Positions 38,221 through 47,961 are shown, counted from the first letter of the stretch. The stretch: 64,000 nucleotides of DNA from Ylistrum balloti (GCF_031769215.1 NW_026782979.1:1-64000); one strand, 5' to 3'. Notes: generated by a model from the letters alone, not told the origin. A program made the numbers and translations.

Positions 38221-39474
38221 TTACTGATCTCGCTTCCAAATCAGATGGCCTAGTCGATAGTCAGATAACGCACTTAAACTAGATCCTGTCACCTCAAACC
38301 CTGTCAAGAAGTTCTGGCTAACGGAAGCTGTAATGGCTTTTACTTGCTCTGCTCCGTCTACCGAAATAGTTTTAATATAGTGCTTGTAAAGATAGACTTT
38401 ACCTGTCTGTTGATCTTGCAGAAAACCTACCCAGATTTCATTTGGATCTTCTAACACCTCTGGCAAAAATGAAAACCACCGCTCACGACCTCCCGCACGC
38501 TTGATATCTTCTGCAAAATAATCAGCTAGAGCGTGGGTTATCGTTACAAGCTCACCGCGTGGATCTCTGAAGGTCTTTGCTTGCCTCCCAATAACACGAC
38601 CCAAGTTTCGCCTAATACTGGCAGGATCACTAGCAGCAGGCAGCAGCTGGGCTCTTGCTGCATCTATGGGTACTGGGCCTAATTCTAAGCTTTTGGCAGT
38701 CTCTACCTGACCGCGCTTTTTCAAGCGTTTGCTCTCAATAGTTTTACTGCCTGTAGCACTACTGTCTGCTCTGTCGATTAGACGTTTATTGACAGAGCGT
38801 CCCCAGTGAGCTTCGCCAACATTATAATTCCAGCCTGGACCAATACCGTTCGGGATACGCTGTGTCTTGCCTGTTCTGGGGTTTTTCCAAGTATAGCTAC
38901 CATCTTGTGGACGCTTTGATACTTTAATCTTGCGTCGTTTTAAATCACGATCCCCCAACGCCCGCACACGACAGGTGCAGCCCCAATCATTAGGGCCATA
39001 ATGACTCTGCCACCATGGATCATCTGCTGGTAGCACCGTACCGTCCCAAGCTAGGTGATGTGGTCTTGGATTTGCACTATCGCCATGGACATATTCCCAA
39101 TATGGTCTACTTTTAAGAGTATCGGGATCTGTTAACTGTTTGTAGCGGCCAGCAGCGTACGATGTTGTGATATTTGTTTGATAGATCACTCTTGTGCGCC
39201 AGCCACGATTGCCTCTATAGCTCCAGCCATGACGTTTAACAATCGTATCAAAATCTTTACGAAAGGTTTCTAACGTTGTGCCTTGTGACAAGGCTTTATC
39301 GATTGCTTGCTGAAAGTCAGCTAATAGCTCATCTCGCATTGCCCCTGCAATGGTAAACGCTCTAGCGTGAGCACCGCGCCAAATCTCATCATAGGTTTTT
39401 GTCGGAATACGTACCTTGCCACGGTAAAACGAAATCGCCTCATCAAAAGGTAAATCGACAGGGTCGACAGTCAC
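38221..39474 (-). CDS. Minor head protein gp30 (MuF) with C-terminal PBECR-like extension
   Basis: RTRVIYQTN, RPHHLAWDG, PNDWGCTCRV, GWNYNVG; C-terminal RERW...VLEDPNEIW...YIK...RLGHLIWKR. Confidence 0.85.
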   Translation of the reverse strand: MTVDPVDLPFDEAISFYRGKVRIPTKTYDEIWRGAHARAFTIAGAMRDELLADFQQAIDKALSQGTTLETFRKDFDTIVKRHGWSYRGNRGWRTRVIYQTNITTSYAAGRYKQLTDPDTLKSRPYWEYVHGDSANPRPHHLAWDGTVLPADDPWWQSHYGPNDWGCTCRVRALGDRDLKRRKIKVSKRPQDGSYTWKNPRTGKTQRIPNGIGPGWNYNVGEAHWGRSVNKRLIDRADSSATGSKTIESKRLKKRGQVETAKSLELGPVPIDAARAQLLPAASDPASIRRNLGRVIGRQAKTFRDPRGELVTITHALADYFAEDIKRAGGRERWFSFLPEVLEDPNEIWVGFLQDQQTGKVYLYKHYIKTISVDGAEQVKAITASVSQNFLTGFEVTGSSLSALSDYRLGHLIWKRDQ

Positions 39475-39477
39475 AGC

Positions 39478-40260
39478 TTAAGCAGCCTTAAGAATTAAAA
39501 CTTGCTTTAATTTATTTTTCTTACCGCTGCCACGATTACCAATACCCATAGGTGTCGTAACTTCGACAAACTGGCAGTCCTGATACAGTTCCCGAATAAA
39601 TGGATCATCGTCGTAACTCACAATAAAGCTACCCTGCAATCTTAAAACAGCATCCCTTAACGCAATATGCTCTTCTTTGCTAAAAGCATAGTCGTATTGC
39701 AGACCTTTTATATAGGGCGGATCAAGAAAAAAAAACGCGCCATCATAGTCATATTTCTTTAAAACCTCTTGCCAAGGTAAGTTTTCAATTGTTACACGAT
39801 CAAATCGCTCATATACGCGACGAAGTACTTTTTGCTTTTCCTGTCTGGAGCTACAACCTTGTTTTTTGCTGATGCCAAAATGACTGCCTTGCCCACCAAA
39901 AGACATCTGGTTACATAAATAAAAACGGGCAGCTTGTTGAATATCTGTTAAACCAGGACGCTCTAGATACTCTAAAAATTCTTGACGACTATGGGGTACT
40001 AGATCTATTTCATCTATGAGGGCTTCGTAATGATATTTCAAACATCTAAAAAAGGTAACCAGATGATTATTGATGTCGTTATAGATTTCAACTTTTGAAG
40101 GTTCTTTTTTAATTAAGACAGACGCACCGCCACCAAACACCTCTACATAGGTATGGTGTTCTGGCATTAGAGCACTTATCTGTTTAAATAGTAATGCCTT
40201 GCCACCTGGCCACCGAATGGGTGAACGCAGTGTTTTCATGTTTGGCAGTTTATGTCCCAT
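39478..40260 (-). CDS. dam: Dam-like N6-adenine DNA methyltransferase
   Basis: RWPGGK, YVEVFGGGASV, YNDIN, FFLDPPY. Confidence 0.93.
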   Translation of the reverse strand: MGHKLPNMKTLRSPIRWPGGKALLFKQISALMPEHHTYVEVFGGGASVLIKKEPSKVEIYNDINNHLVTFFRCLKYHYEALIDEIDLVPHSRQEFLEYLERPGLTDIQQAARFYLCNQMSFGGQGSHFGISKKQGCSSRQEKQKVLRRVYERFDRVTIENLPWQEVLKKYDYDGAFFFLDPPYIKGLQYDYAFSKEEHIALRDAVLRLQGSFIVSYDDDPFIRELYQDCQFVEVTTPMGIGNRGSGKKNKLKQVLILKAA

Positions 40261-41814
40261 TCAATTGCCCTCTAGTACATCGACTTGACCTTTAAGCTCT
40301 GCCGCAACGAGAGCTCTCTGAATGATGGCAGCCTGTCTTGAAATATCTAAATCAGGATAGAGATTAATAAGTTGATCGCGCAGCTCTTCTGGTGACGTTG
40401 CTTGACTAACAAGGTCGCGTACCTGATCAATCATTCCATCTAGTACTTGACTGGTTGCCTCATCTAAATGATCTGTCATTACTTCTTCGTCTGTCTGCTC
40501 TTCTGCCTCCCCAAACGCCGCTGGCACGGAGCCATCCGCTGGCGCGGGGCTACTACCCGATGGAGCGTTATCGTTATTAGCTCCGGATTGCCTGCTAGCA
40601 GCAGGTAGCCCTACGCCTACCGCCGCCACGCCAGTGACCCCTGCGCTAGCAGGCACACTAGTGACTCGTTTGAGAAAACCGTCACCGTAGGTTTGTTGAA
40701 CGTATTCTTCGGTTAAATCAAACCCCATCTGATACAACTTAATATCACGTTCAGCTCTTTTGTTTAAATCTTCATTCTCTTCCGGTACACGTTTAATAAT
40801 CGGTACCTTGGCACCTGGATAATTCCATGCTGTAAGCCAATTTACAAAACTATCTCGTGCGCTAGCATTTAACATGTCCGCAGCAAACTGAATAACATCG
40901 TCTCGTACTTCTTTATGGGTTTCCGATTGCGATTTGCTGCTACCATCATCTGTGGTCATTGTCTGAGACAAATAAACTTTAGAAATAGCAGCATCCATAC
41001 GATCATAGATCTGTTCATAGCCACCTTTGCCACCGCGCGTAGCTTCTAACAACTCAACCTGAACACTATCTGGAATAATAACCGCACTACTTGTACCAAT
41101 AGCTTTTAGAGCTTCTAGTAACTTCTGTTTGTCTTTGGTGCCATCTTGACCACGATTATATTTACCAAGGGTTGTGGGTTTACCAAATTTCTCTAAAAAG
41201 ATAGACCAAAACTTAATATCTTGTCGTTTAAAAAAGACTGGCCAATAAGCATAATGAGCTAGCCCTAAACCGTAAGGATTGCTGTCATGGTCTGCACCAA
41301 AAGAAAAGACCCAAAACTTATAATCAGGCATTAACTCACCGCTAGGATGCTTTCTTGTCAGTCTGACCAAATTACCGTCATTGCGAAAGCGAAACTGGCT
41401 ACGATCACGAACCCGGATATCTTCTAAGGTAATAAAACGACCATCCCGCCCCCACAAACATTCTGCTACCGAATACCCGTAATGCTCACCATAGAGCATT
41501 TTACTTGTATGATCATCAAAATTAAGATTATTGAGGACATCTTCAATAAAATCACAAGCAGCTTTATCTTGTTTACGATCACCACCAGGCTCACACACAA
41601 CACGCCAAGAGACAACCGCACTACGTCGTTGCTGAAAACAGCTGTTTACCTGATCATCACGTAAAATTTCTGTATAGATTTTAAGGTTACCGCCACCACG
41701 CTGTTTAATAATCTCGTCTTGATAGGACATAAGTTGCCCAAGAAGAGCTGGTGTTGAGTCATGGCTATCATGGGTTGCGGTTACTTCTTCAAAAACAGGT
41801 TTTGTAATCCTCAT
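40261..41814 (-). CDS. Portal protein gp29-like (DUF935)
   Basis: DDQVNSCFQQRR, YGYSVAE, NPYGLGL..YAYWP, FLEKFGKP, SKVYLSQTMTT. Confidence 0.93.
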   Translation of the reverse strand: MRITKPVFEEVTATHDSHDSTPALLGQLMSYQDEIIKQRGGGNLKIYTEILRDDQVNSCFQQRRSAVVSWRVVCEPGGDRKQDKAACDFIEDVLNNLNFDDHTSKMLYGEHYGYSVAECLWGRDGRFITLEDIRVRDRSQFRFRNDGNLVRLTRKHPSGELMPDYKFWVFSFGADHDSNPYGLGLAHYAYWPVFFKRQDIKFWSIFLEKFGKPTTLGKYNRGQDGTKDKQKLLEALKAIGTSSAVIIPDSVQVELLEATRGGKGGYEQIYDRMDAAISKVYLSQTMTTDDGSSKSQSETHKEVRDDVIQFAADMLNASARDSFVNWLTAWNYPGAKVPIIKRVPEENEDLNKRAERDIKLYQMGFDLTEEYVQQTYGDGFLKRVTSVPASAGVTGVAAVGVGLPAASRQSGANNDNAPSGSSPAPADGSVPAAFGEAEEQTDEEVMTDHLDEATSQVLDGMIDQVRDLVSQATSPEELRDQLINLYPDLDISRQAAIIQRALVAAELKGQVDVLEGN

Positions 41815-41876
41815 TGCAAGCCTCTTGCAGTGTTATTTAAATCTTGTTTCAAGCTCATTTAAAAGCCATATAAATC
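41811..41876 (-). repeat. Six tandem degenerate 11-bp units across the terminase-portal junction
   Basis: GATTTATATGG / CTTTTAAATGA / GCTTGAAACAA / GATTTAAATAA / CACTGCAAGAG / GCTTGCAATGA. Confidence 0.7.
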
Positions 41877-43229
41877 TTGACCATTATGGACAACACCAAA
41901 TCCGATATCTTCATGGATATGCCCAACATCTTGAATATCTTCTGCGTATTGGTTGCGATCATCTGTAGCTGCAAACTCTACAGGGCCGCCAGCTTGACTA
42001 GCTGCGTAAATAGATAGAAACAGAGCCCAAGCACGATCGGCATGCCCTGAGCTATCAGATTCTGCAACAAATTTTGGTGCGCCTGTTTGTGTTGTGGTCT
42101 TTTTTAATTTATGAAGATCAGTACGTAGTTTAGGCTGACCTGCGGGAATCCTAAGTCTACGATCCTCAAAGCATTCTTTACCAACTGTTGCCAGCATGTA
42201 CTTATTGCTATTACTAAAGAGAACACCTTCGGTTACGTATTCACCGTATCTACGTATAGCATCTTCAACAGGTTTCTCACCAAGACCTGTCTGATCCATT
42301 GCTAGACGTACAACCTTATATTTATTCATTAATTCATCAAGAACCGCGTCTTGCTCTGCAAAGGGAGCCCGTTTTAAAACACGAACCTCCCGTGTCCATA
42401 AAACATCACCGACAAGCTCTAAGACCCAGGCAACCCACAGGTCATTGCGTACCGCAATGTCATTACCGATAAAACATGGGTTGCCTTGATACGTTTCTGG
42501 AATACCAGCAGCCTCATCTTCAACAGAAGAGATTAAGTCATAAGGTAGCCACGCGCTAGCCTCATCTAGCCATTTACATTCAAATTCTTGAGCCCAAGCG
42601 TCTTCGTCACCAATTGCTTCTCTTAGTTCTTCAATATTACGATCTAAGCCATCTTCAACTGCTTGATAGATGTTGACAAGATGCTTCGACCAACGACCGC
42701 TTTTATCGGTCATCAGCTCATAGAATTTGTTATCTTTTCCGTTAGGGGTGCTCGTAACACGAAGCTTAAAGCCTTTAGAGATGACAGGAAAAAGTGCTTG
42801 CCATATTTTTCTACTGTCTTGATGAAAGGCGAACTCATCTAAAAAGACATTCGCACTAAACCCACGTGCAGTATCAGGATTAGCAGGCAGTGCAGTAATT
42901 TTACTACCGCCAGGCAGATCCACCTCTAGTGCACGGTAGCTGCCACCACTGCCAGCCCAGTCATACTCTAGTGCTTCAAAGGCTACCTGATAGGCTCTAC
43001 AGTGCTTTTTAATACCTTCGTTTATTGCTTCACGCGCTTGACGCTCACCTCGCGACAAAATAACCCAACGCTCACGCTTGCCAGCAACCATTGCGTCTAG
43101 ACAATTATCAACAATGCCTAACGTTGTGATGAATGTTTTACCTGTCTGTCTGGCAAACATCGCAATCTTAAAGCGACTGTCATCTTCAAGCCAGCGGCGT
43201 TGATAGCCATACAGCTTAATAGCACCCAT
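41859..43229 (-). CDS. Terminase large subunit (gp28-like)
   Basis: Walker A ARQTGKT, Walker B VFLDEFAF, STPNG, GHADRAWA. Confidence 0.95.
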   Translation of the reverse strand: MGAIKLYGYQRRWLEDDSRFKIAMFARQTGKTFITTLGIVDNCLDAMVAGKRERWVILSRGERQAREAINEGIKKHCRAYQVAFEALEYDWAGSGGSYRALEVDLPGGSKITALPANPDTARGFSANVFLDEFAFHQDSRKIWQALFPVISKGFKLRVTSTPNGKDNKFYELMTDKSGRWSKHLVNIYQAVEDGLDRNIEELREAIGDEDAWAQEFECKWLDEASAWLPYDLISSVEDEAAGIPETYQGNPCFIGNDIAVRNDLWVAWVLELVGDVLWTREVRVLKRAPFAEQDAVLDELMNKYKVVRLAMDQTGLGEKPVEDAIRRYGEYVTEGVLFSNSNKYMLATVGKECFEDRRLRIPAGQPKLRTDLHKLKKTTTQTGAPKFVAESDSSGHADRAWALFLSIYAASQAGGPVEFAATDDRNQYAEDIQDVGHIHEDIGFGVVHNGQDLYGF

Positions 43230-43768
43230 TAGCTATAGACCTGGTCACGGATATAGACTAATTGCTCTGGTGTCAGCCCAAGTGCTTTGGCTTTATTGTC
43301 TTGTTCTAGATTTTTAAAACATTTCTCAACCCGCCTGCGTTCTTCTACCTGCCACTTGTTTTGCATGACATCAGCTTTAGCTAAGCGCGATACCGCAGTC
43401 GTAACAGCTGCTATGGCTTTTGTGTTTGTTGGATCAACTTCTATCTCTTCAAAAAGATCAAATAGAATTAATTGTGTTTCTCGAATTAGAGCCTTAGTAA
43501 TGGCACCATCGTCATCATTGGTTGCCCGCACAACTGCTTGTGCTTTATCAGTTACAAGCTTTAGTCGTTCTAGCTTCTTTTCAAACTTCTGTGAATAGCG
43601 ACCTAGTGATGATTTACTAATTGCAAGCTCAATGCCTTCTTCTTCAAGACGATCATTAATTAACTCAACAATCTGATGATGGTTACCAAAACCGCGAGCA
43701 ATTAATTCATCATTTAATAGGTCACGTACTTCACTTGGTAGTCTGGCAATTTTACTACGAACTCCCAT
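43229..43768 (-). CDS. Terminase small subunit gp27-like (DUF3486)
   Basis: RSKIARLPSEVR..LN..L, ISKSSLGRY. Confidence 0.88.
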   Translation of the reverse strand: MGVRSKIARLPSEVRDLLNDELIARGFGNHHQIVELINDRLEEEGIELAISKSSLGRYSQKFEKKLERLKLVTDKAQAVVRATNDDDGAITKALIRETQLILFDLFEEIEVDPTNTKAIAAVTTAVSRLAKADVMQNKWQVEERRRVEKCFKNLEQDNKAKALGLTPEQLVYIRDQVYS

Positions 43769-43769
43769 G

Positions 43770-44063
43770 TTAGTCCTCGATCCTTGCTAGTCCTGCAGGT
43801 GGCTCTTTGTCGCCTTCTATAACCTGAAAGCCATAAGCTGTTAAATCTACATCTATGTCAGTTCGTGTCTTTGTTGTTTCGACAACTTTTACTTTTTCTA
43901 AAAAATCAACCGCAACCTTAACTTGATCTAGGGTTACATCTTCGTCCTCTTCTGCAACAGCCCATTTAATGATTTTTAAGCTTGTGCCAGCTGGTTGTGT
44001 TGCATAAACAACTTTTAAAACGCGCCATCTTAGTATTTTGTTTTTAAGATTATTGACAACCAT
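43770..44063 (-). CDS. gp26-like winged-helix protein
   Basis: RWRVLKV, FLEKVKVV, LTAYGFQVIEG, PAGLAR. Confidence 0.7.
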   Translation of the reverse strand: MVVNNLKNKILRWRVLKVVYATQPAGTSLKIIKWAVAEEDEDVTLDQVKVAVDFLEKVKVVETTKTRTDIDVDLTAYGFQVIEGDKEPPAGLARIED

Positions 44064-44570
44064 CTAAGGTGCTCCTCGCATTGCTGCTATTTTTTGATCT
44101 TGTTCTGAGACTCTATCTTTTAAACCAGAAATGCGATCATGCATTTTCTGATTATCTTTTTTGACTTCTTCGCGACTTGCTGTTGTTTTTTCAATGCCTC
44201 GCAGCCGCAATTCGTTATCTTCCTGCTGTTTTTCTACTTGCGTAAATCGTTGATCAAATAAACGATAAACACCTTCAATCTCTTTTAAAACAACTGCATT
44301 GCGCTCTTTTCCAGCTTGCACTTGAGCTGCAAACATTTTGGCGATTCGCTCTTCGAATGCTTTTTCTCTACGTGAAATATAGGTAATGACAGTCGCGCAG
44401 ATCGTAGCAACGCCACTAATCAGCGCAACAACGATCTCGGTTGATATCTCAAAACCGCCTTGATCAGCAGCAAAAGCAAGGCCACCGACTAAAAAAACAA
44501 AACAGCCCACAACCAGACAAACAGTAGGCGATAGTAATCTACAAGTTAAATGTTCTAGTTTAAAAGTCAC
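44064..44570 (-). CDS. Membrane-anchored coiled-coil protein (gp25 position)
   Basis: Two TM segments then coiled coil; GTGA overlap at 44567-44570. Confidence 0.6.
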   Translation of the reverse strand: MTFKLEHLTCRLLSPTVCLVVGCFVFLVGGLAFAADQGGFEISTEIVVALISGVATICATVITYISRREKAFEERIAKMFAAQVQAGKERNAVVLKEIEGVYRLFDQRFTQVEKQQEDNELRLRGIEKTTASREEVKKDNQKMHDRISGLKDRVSEQDQKIAAMRGAP

Positions 44571-44869
44571 CGATACCCCCATAACTCTTTATTTAATTTC
44601 TCAATATGTCCGATACACATCTCTTCACTTAGTGCCTCGGCACGTAAATAGATCCTTGCAGTTGCTACATCCGTAACCTCTGGTGTACTCCAGGTTGGCA
44701 GTTGTGGAAACGGTATAAATGATGGGGGATCGCAAGGAATAGCAACTGGTGTAATTCGAGGTTGTTTGTAACTACAGCCACCAAGCAGAAGCGATACACA
44801 AACAAGTACCAGTAAAATAGCGATCGCAAGCGTAGTAGTAGGTGGCTCTTGTGGATCTGTATAACTCAT
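44567..44869 (-). CDS. o-spanin (Rz1)-like lipoprotein
   Basis: Lipobox LGGC followed by a Pro-rich segment; follows the i-spanin. Confidence 0.7.
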   Translation of the reverse strand: MSYTDPQEPPTTTLAIAILLVLVCVSLLLGGCSYKQPRITPVAIPCDPPSFIPFPQLPTWSTPEVTDVATARIYLRAEALSEEMCIGHIEKLNKELWGYR

Positions 44870-45246
44870 GGAAGATCAATACCACTAATACGATTGCCTA
44901 TGATTAGACTCCTGCGTCTGCGCCAGGCAATAGCTTCAATACAATCTTTAGGAATTACTTCTTTTTCAATTTCAATGATACGTTCAATGATCTTTTTTTC
45001 TATTTTGGGTATTTCAGCGCGAGCTTGCTCTATCTTTTGTTTCTGCTCTTTTGCTTTAACTTGCCAGGTAGCAATTTGTGTTTGCTGCAGATGTACTTCT
45101 TGATTGAGTAATTCTAGCTCTTTAGCGGTGATACGTACCTTAAGCCAAAAACCGCCCACAATAACAACCAAAACAAGCGCGATCGTGCGCCATGGGTTTT
45201 TGGTTATAAACTTCATTGCAAGCCCTAATCCAGCAAAAGCACCCAT
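44866..45246 (-). CDS. i-spanin (Rz)-like
   Basis: N-terminal TM plus coiled coil; in the lysis cassette. Confidence 0.7.
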   Translation of the reverse strand: MGAFAGLGLAMKFITKNPWRTIALVLVVIVGGFWLKVRITAKELELLNQEVHLQQTQIATWQVKAKEQKQKIEQARAEIPKIEKKIIERIIEIEKEVIPKDCIEAIAWRRRRSLIIGNRISGIDLP

Positions 45247-45460
45247 CAAGATTTTTCCGTAAGGGCAATACCTTGACTGGTGATGGATGCTAAACAGACA
45301 TTAACAATTGCAATAACTGCAATAATTCGAGCTGATACCTGTGACTCTAATCCAAAAATTGCAGCTGAACACCAATTTCTTCTAATATAGCTGGCAGTGT
45401 TAATAGCGTATTAAAAATGATGGTTTTAGATTTATAAGGCTGCTTACTTACCTTTTCCAT
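45246..45460 (-). pseudogene. Holin with a one-base frameshift (missed by track)
   Basis: MEKVSKQPYKSKTIIFNTLLTLPAILEEIGVQL, then in the -1 frame IFGLESQVSARIIAVIAIVNVCLASITSQGIALTEKS*. The stop overlaps the spanin ATG (TGATG). Span is 215 nt, one short of 72 codons. Confidence 0.7.
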
Positions 45461-46008
45461 TCTTGATTTACCTTGTCGACGTAATGTTGATTTTTAAATA
45501 ATCCGTTTTTATAACGGCTAGGGGAGCCTTGATTATAGGCAGAGATAACACCGTCAAAACCGTCTTCTTCAAAGAATCGCCTCTTTAGATGTCGCAAATG
45601 ACGACAGCCATATAAAACACCTAGCAATGGATCGCTACACAGAGCTGTAAAGTAGGGGTTAGAAAAACCGTATTCACGCGCTACAGCACCCATAACTTGC
45701 ATCAGTCCCCAACTTGTTTTCTGTCCCCAAAACTCTGTAGATCTAGATGCACCATGTGGGCAGGGGAAGTCACGAGGTGGGTACATAGCTCGCTGTTTAT
45801 GTGGTTCTAATTCTCTAAAGGGGTGTCTTGTTTTACAATCAACAAGCCAAGGATAGGGAGGCTCAACCCGAACAGCATTTGGATCACCAGAAGACTCAAT
45901 CAAACAAATAGCAACGACTAGTCCTGCTGGTAGGTTAAATCCATTTTCATTAAGGAAAGGTGTTATAAGCTCAAGAAGCTCAGTTTTTGACAGAAATGCC
46001 CGTTTCAT
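45448..46008 (-). CDS. Endolysin, soluble lytic transglycosylase family
   Basis: AICLIESSG (catalytic Glu), SWGLMQVMG..ARE.G, ISAYNQG. Confidence 0.92.
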   Translation of the reverse strand: MKRAFLSKTELLELITPFLNENGFNLPAGLVVAICLIESSGDPNAVRVEPPYPWLVDCKTRHPFRELEPHKQRAMYPPRDFPCPHGASRSTEFWGQKTSWGLMQVMGAVAREYGFSNPYFTALCSDPLLGVLYGCRHLRHLKRRFFEEDGFDGVISAYNQGSPSRYKNGLFKNQHYVDKVNQEWKR

Positions 46009-46259
46009 GGGCTTTAGCGTACCCCCCTACCCTAGAGGGGGGTATTAAAAAAGTAGAATAATTGCCTTTTTTAGGGTTAAGAAAACAGAAATTAAACAAT
46101 GCTTTGATTGAGCATATATCAATTTTCCATATTTCCATAGCTACTAAAATAACAAAAACGAGTTTACCCAAAGGGAAAAGCGAGCAATAAGAAATTGTCC
46201 AAAACAGAACAAACGAAAACCAATCTTGCCTTCAAGGCTCTTCTTTATCCGGGTAATAT

Positions 46260-46830
46260 CATAACAAAGAAATGGGTGAAACTGCCGCCAACAATTATTG
46301 CGTCTGGCGTGTATCGCTCTTCTCTCTGAATATATAAGAAAACCTTCATCAATTAAAAATATCTTTCCTGTGTCATTGCAAATTGTCTAGCTTCTGGATC
46401 TCCATAATCGGAAATAATAAAGAATTCTTTTGCCTGAAATCGATTAATAAGCTCTCGTATAGATAACCCAAGATCAGAATCAAAACGTCGACCTGGCGAT
46501 CCAATATTAATATTTGGATTATGAACATTAACCGTACCAGTATTGGCGATATTTAAATCCAATACTTTTGCTGAGAAATGTCTTTATTTTTTTATCCTGG
46601 ACGCCAGCTGGCCAAAGCCACATCACAACAACCGCACCAACAAGAACAGCAATGACAACATTATCTATATAGGGCCAACTTGCCCATTCAGGATCATAGA
46701 AATCATTAATTTGCCATGTAAACTGCATATTTGTGGTTATCTCTTGTGGATTATTCTTTGCCAATAAAACGCTTTCTGCGGAAACAATACAGGAGGCAGT
46801 AACTTTAACTTTTTGTGTAACATTTTGCAT
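46260..46830 (-). pseudogene. Fragmented accessory membrane-protein gene (track ORFs 46528..46830 and 46353..46562 plus downstream frame)
   Basis: Overlapping ORFs in successive frames that read as one protein if single-base shifts are assumed. Confidence 0.35.
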
Positions 46831-46893
46831 GTAGCCATGATATCAACCCCTGAAATTAGAAGACTTTCAATTGCCATATGCTATACCTTTCAA

Positions 46894-47256
46894 TCAGAAC
46901 AATTTCTGTTGGCGCAATTTAGCTTCTTTGCCAATAAAACGCTTTCTGCTGATATCCATAAGCTTATAGATATATTGCTCTTCAACGTCGTAACGAAGTG
47001 CCAATTCTGCATGATTGTCACCAGTAAACTCTTCGTAAATCTTTAGATCTCGCATAGCAGCATCATAAGAAATACCTTTAGGTAGATAAAACTGAATACC
47101 ACCCCAGCTCTTACGTAAAACATCAGCAATTCGTACAGTCTGCTCTTGAGCTTCTTCTTTAGACATAGAAGACACTTTCATGACAAACTCAGTCACATAC
47201 TCAACCAAATCACGCCAAAATTCAGGATAATCATTTACTGGCGGCTGTTGTGTCAC
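46894..47256 (-). CDS. Mor/C-family transcription activator
   Basis: WGGIQFYLPKG, RDLKIYEEFTGDNHAELALRY. Confidence 0.92.
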   Translation of the reverse strand: MTQQPPVNDYPEFWRDLVEYVTEFVMKVSSMSKEEAQEQTVRIADVLRKSWGGIQFYLPKGISYDAAMRDLKIYEEFTGDNHAELALRYDVEEQYIYKLMDISRKRFIGKEAKLRQQKLF

Positions 47257-47480
47257 TACTTACGCTCTTCTATAAGCTTTGCGGCTAAAAAACCAACACG
47301 GGCAGCCTGCTCTAAAAACCAGACAAGATCAGGCTGAGAAGCCTTTAAACCTGTATCTGACGACACTCTTGACATCAATCTAGATAAGGCTTGTGCATAT
47401 TCAAGTAAATCAACCTGACTGTCTTCATTAAGACTTACATCATCAGCTAGTATCTCTTGGTATTGTTTAGATAGATTCAT
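47256..47480 (-). CDS. Hypothetical phage protein
   Basis: Translationally coupled to neighbours. Confidence 0.6.
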   Translation of the reverse strand: MNLSKQYQEILADDVSLNEDSQVDLLEYAQALSRLMSRVSSDTGLKASQPDLVWFLEQAARVGFLAAKLIEERK

Positions 47481-47961
47481 GTAGCTTTTCCTTTTCTTTG
47501 CAACGCATCTGGTGAATGGTCATCTGACCAACAAGTGTATGCAGTACACCTTTTGGACAAAATTGGATATCGCTATATCCATGGTTTTTGACAAGTGGTT
47601 GTAAATAATTCCAACCCAGTCCTAGATCAGCAAGAATGGCATCTAGCTTATTAATTAAATTCTGCTTATCAGAGGTCACATTCATGGGTTTTCCGTATTT
47701 GTTTGTGTATGGTCTCCCCCTACCACCCCCCTGGAGGGGGTCACGTCGTTTTGTCGGTGTTTTTAATGCGCCTTGATGTCGTAAGTGCTGTATTACTTTA
47801 TCTAGCTCTGACAGCGTCAAGAGAGCCGAAGAGCTTTTTCCTGTTTTTGAGATCAACATGTCCTCATAAGTCACTCTGTCTAGACCAAGCTCTTTTTTAG
47901 CAATATGGATCATTGCCAGTCGTCTTGTTCTAGGATCTTTTCTCTTTTTGGCAGCGGTCAT
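47467..47961 (-). CDS. GemA/gp16-like (DUF1018)
   Basis: LAMIHIAKKELGLD..TY..ML...TGK.SS..LT..EL. Confidence 0.9.
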   Translation of the reverse strand: MTAAKKRKDPRTRRLAMIHIAKKELGLDRVTYEDMLISKTGKSSSALLTLSELDKVIQHLRHQGALKTPTKRRDPLQGGGRGRPYTNKYGKPMNVTSDKQNLINKLDAILADLGLGWNYLQPLVKNHGYSDIQFCPKGVLHTLVGQMTIHQMRCKEKEKLHESI

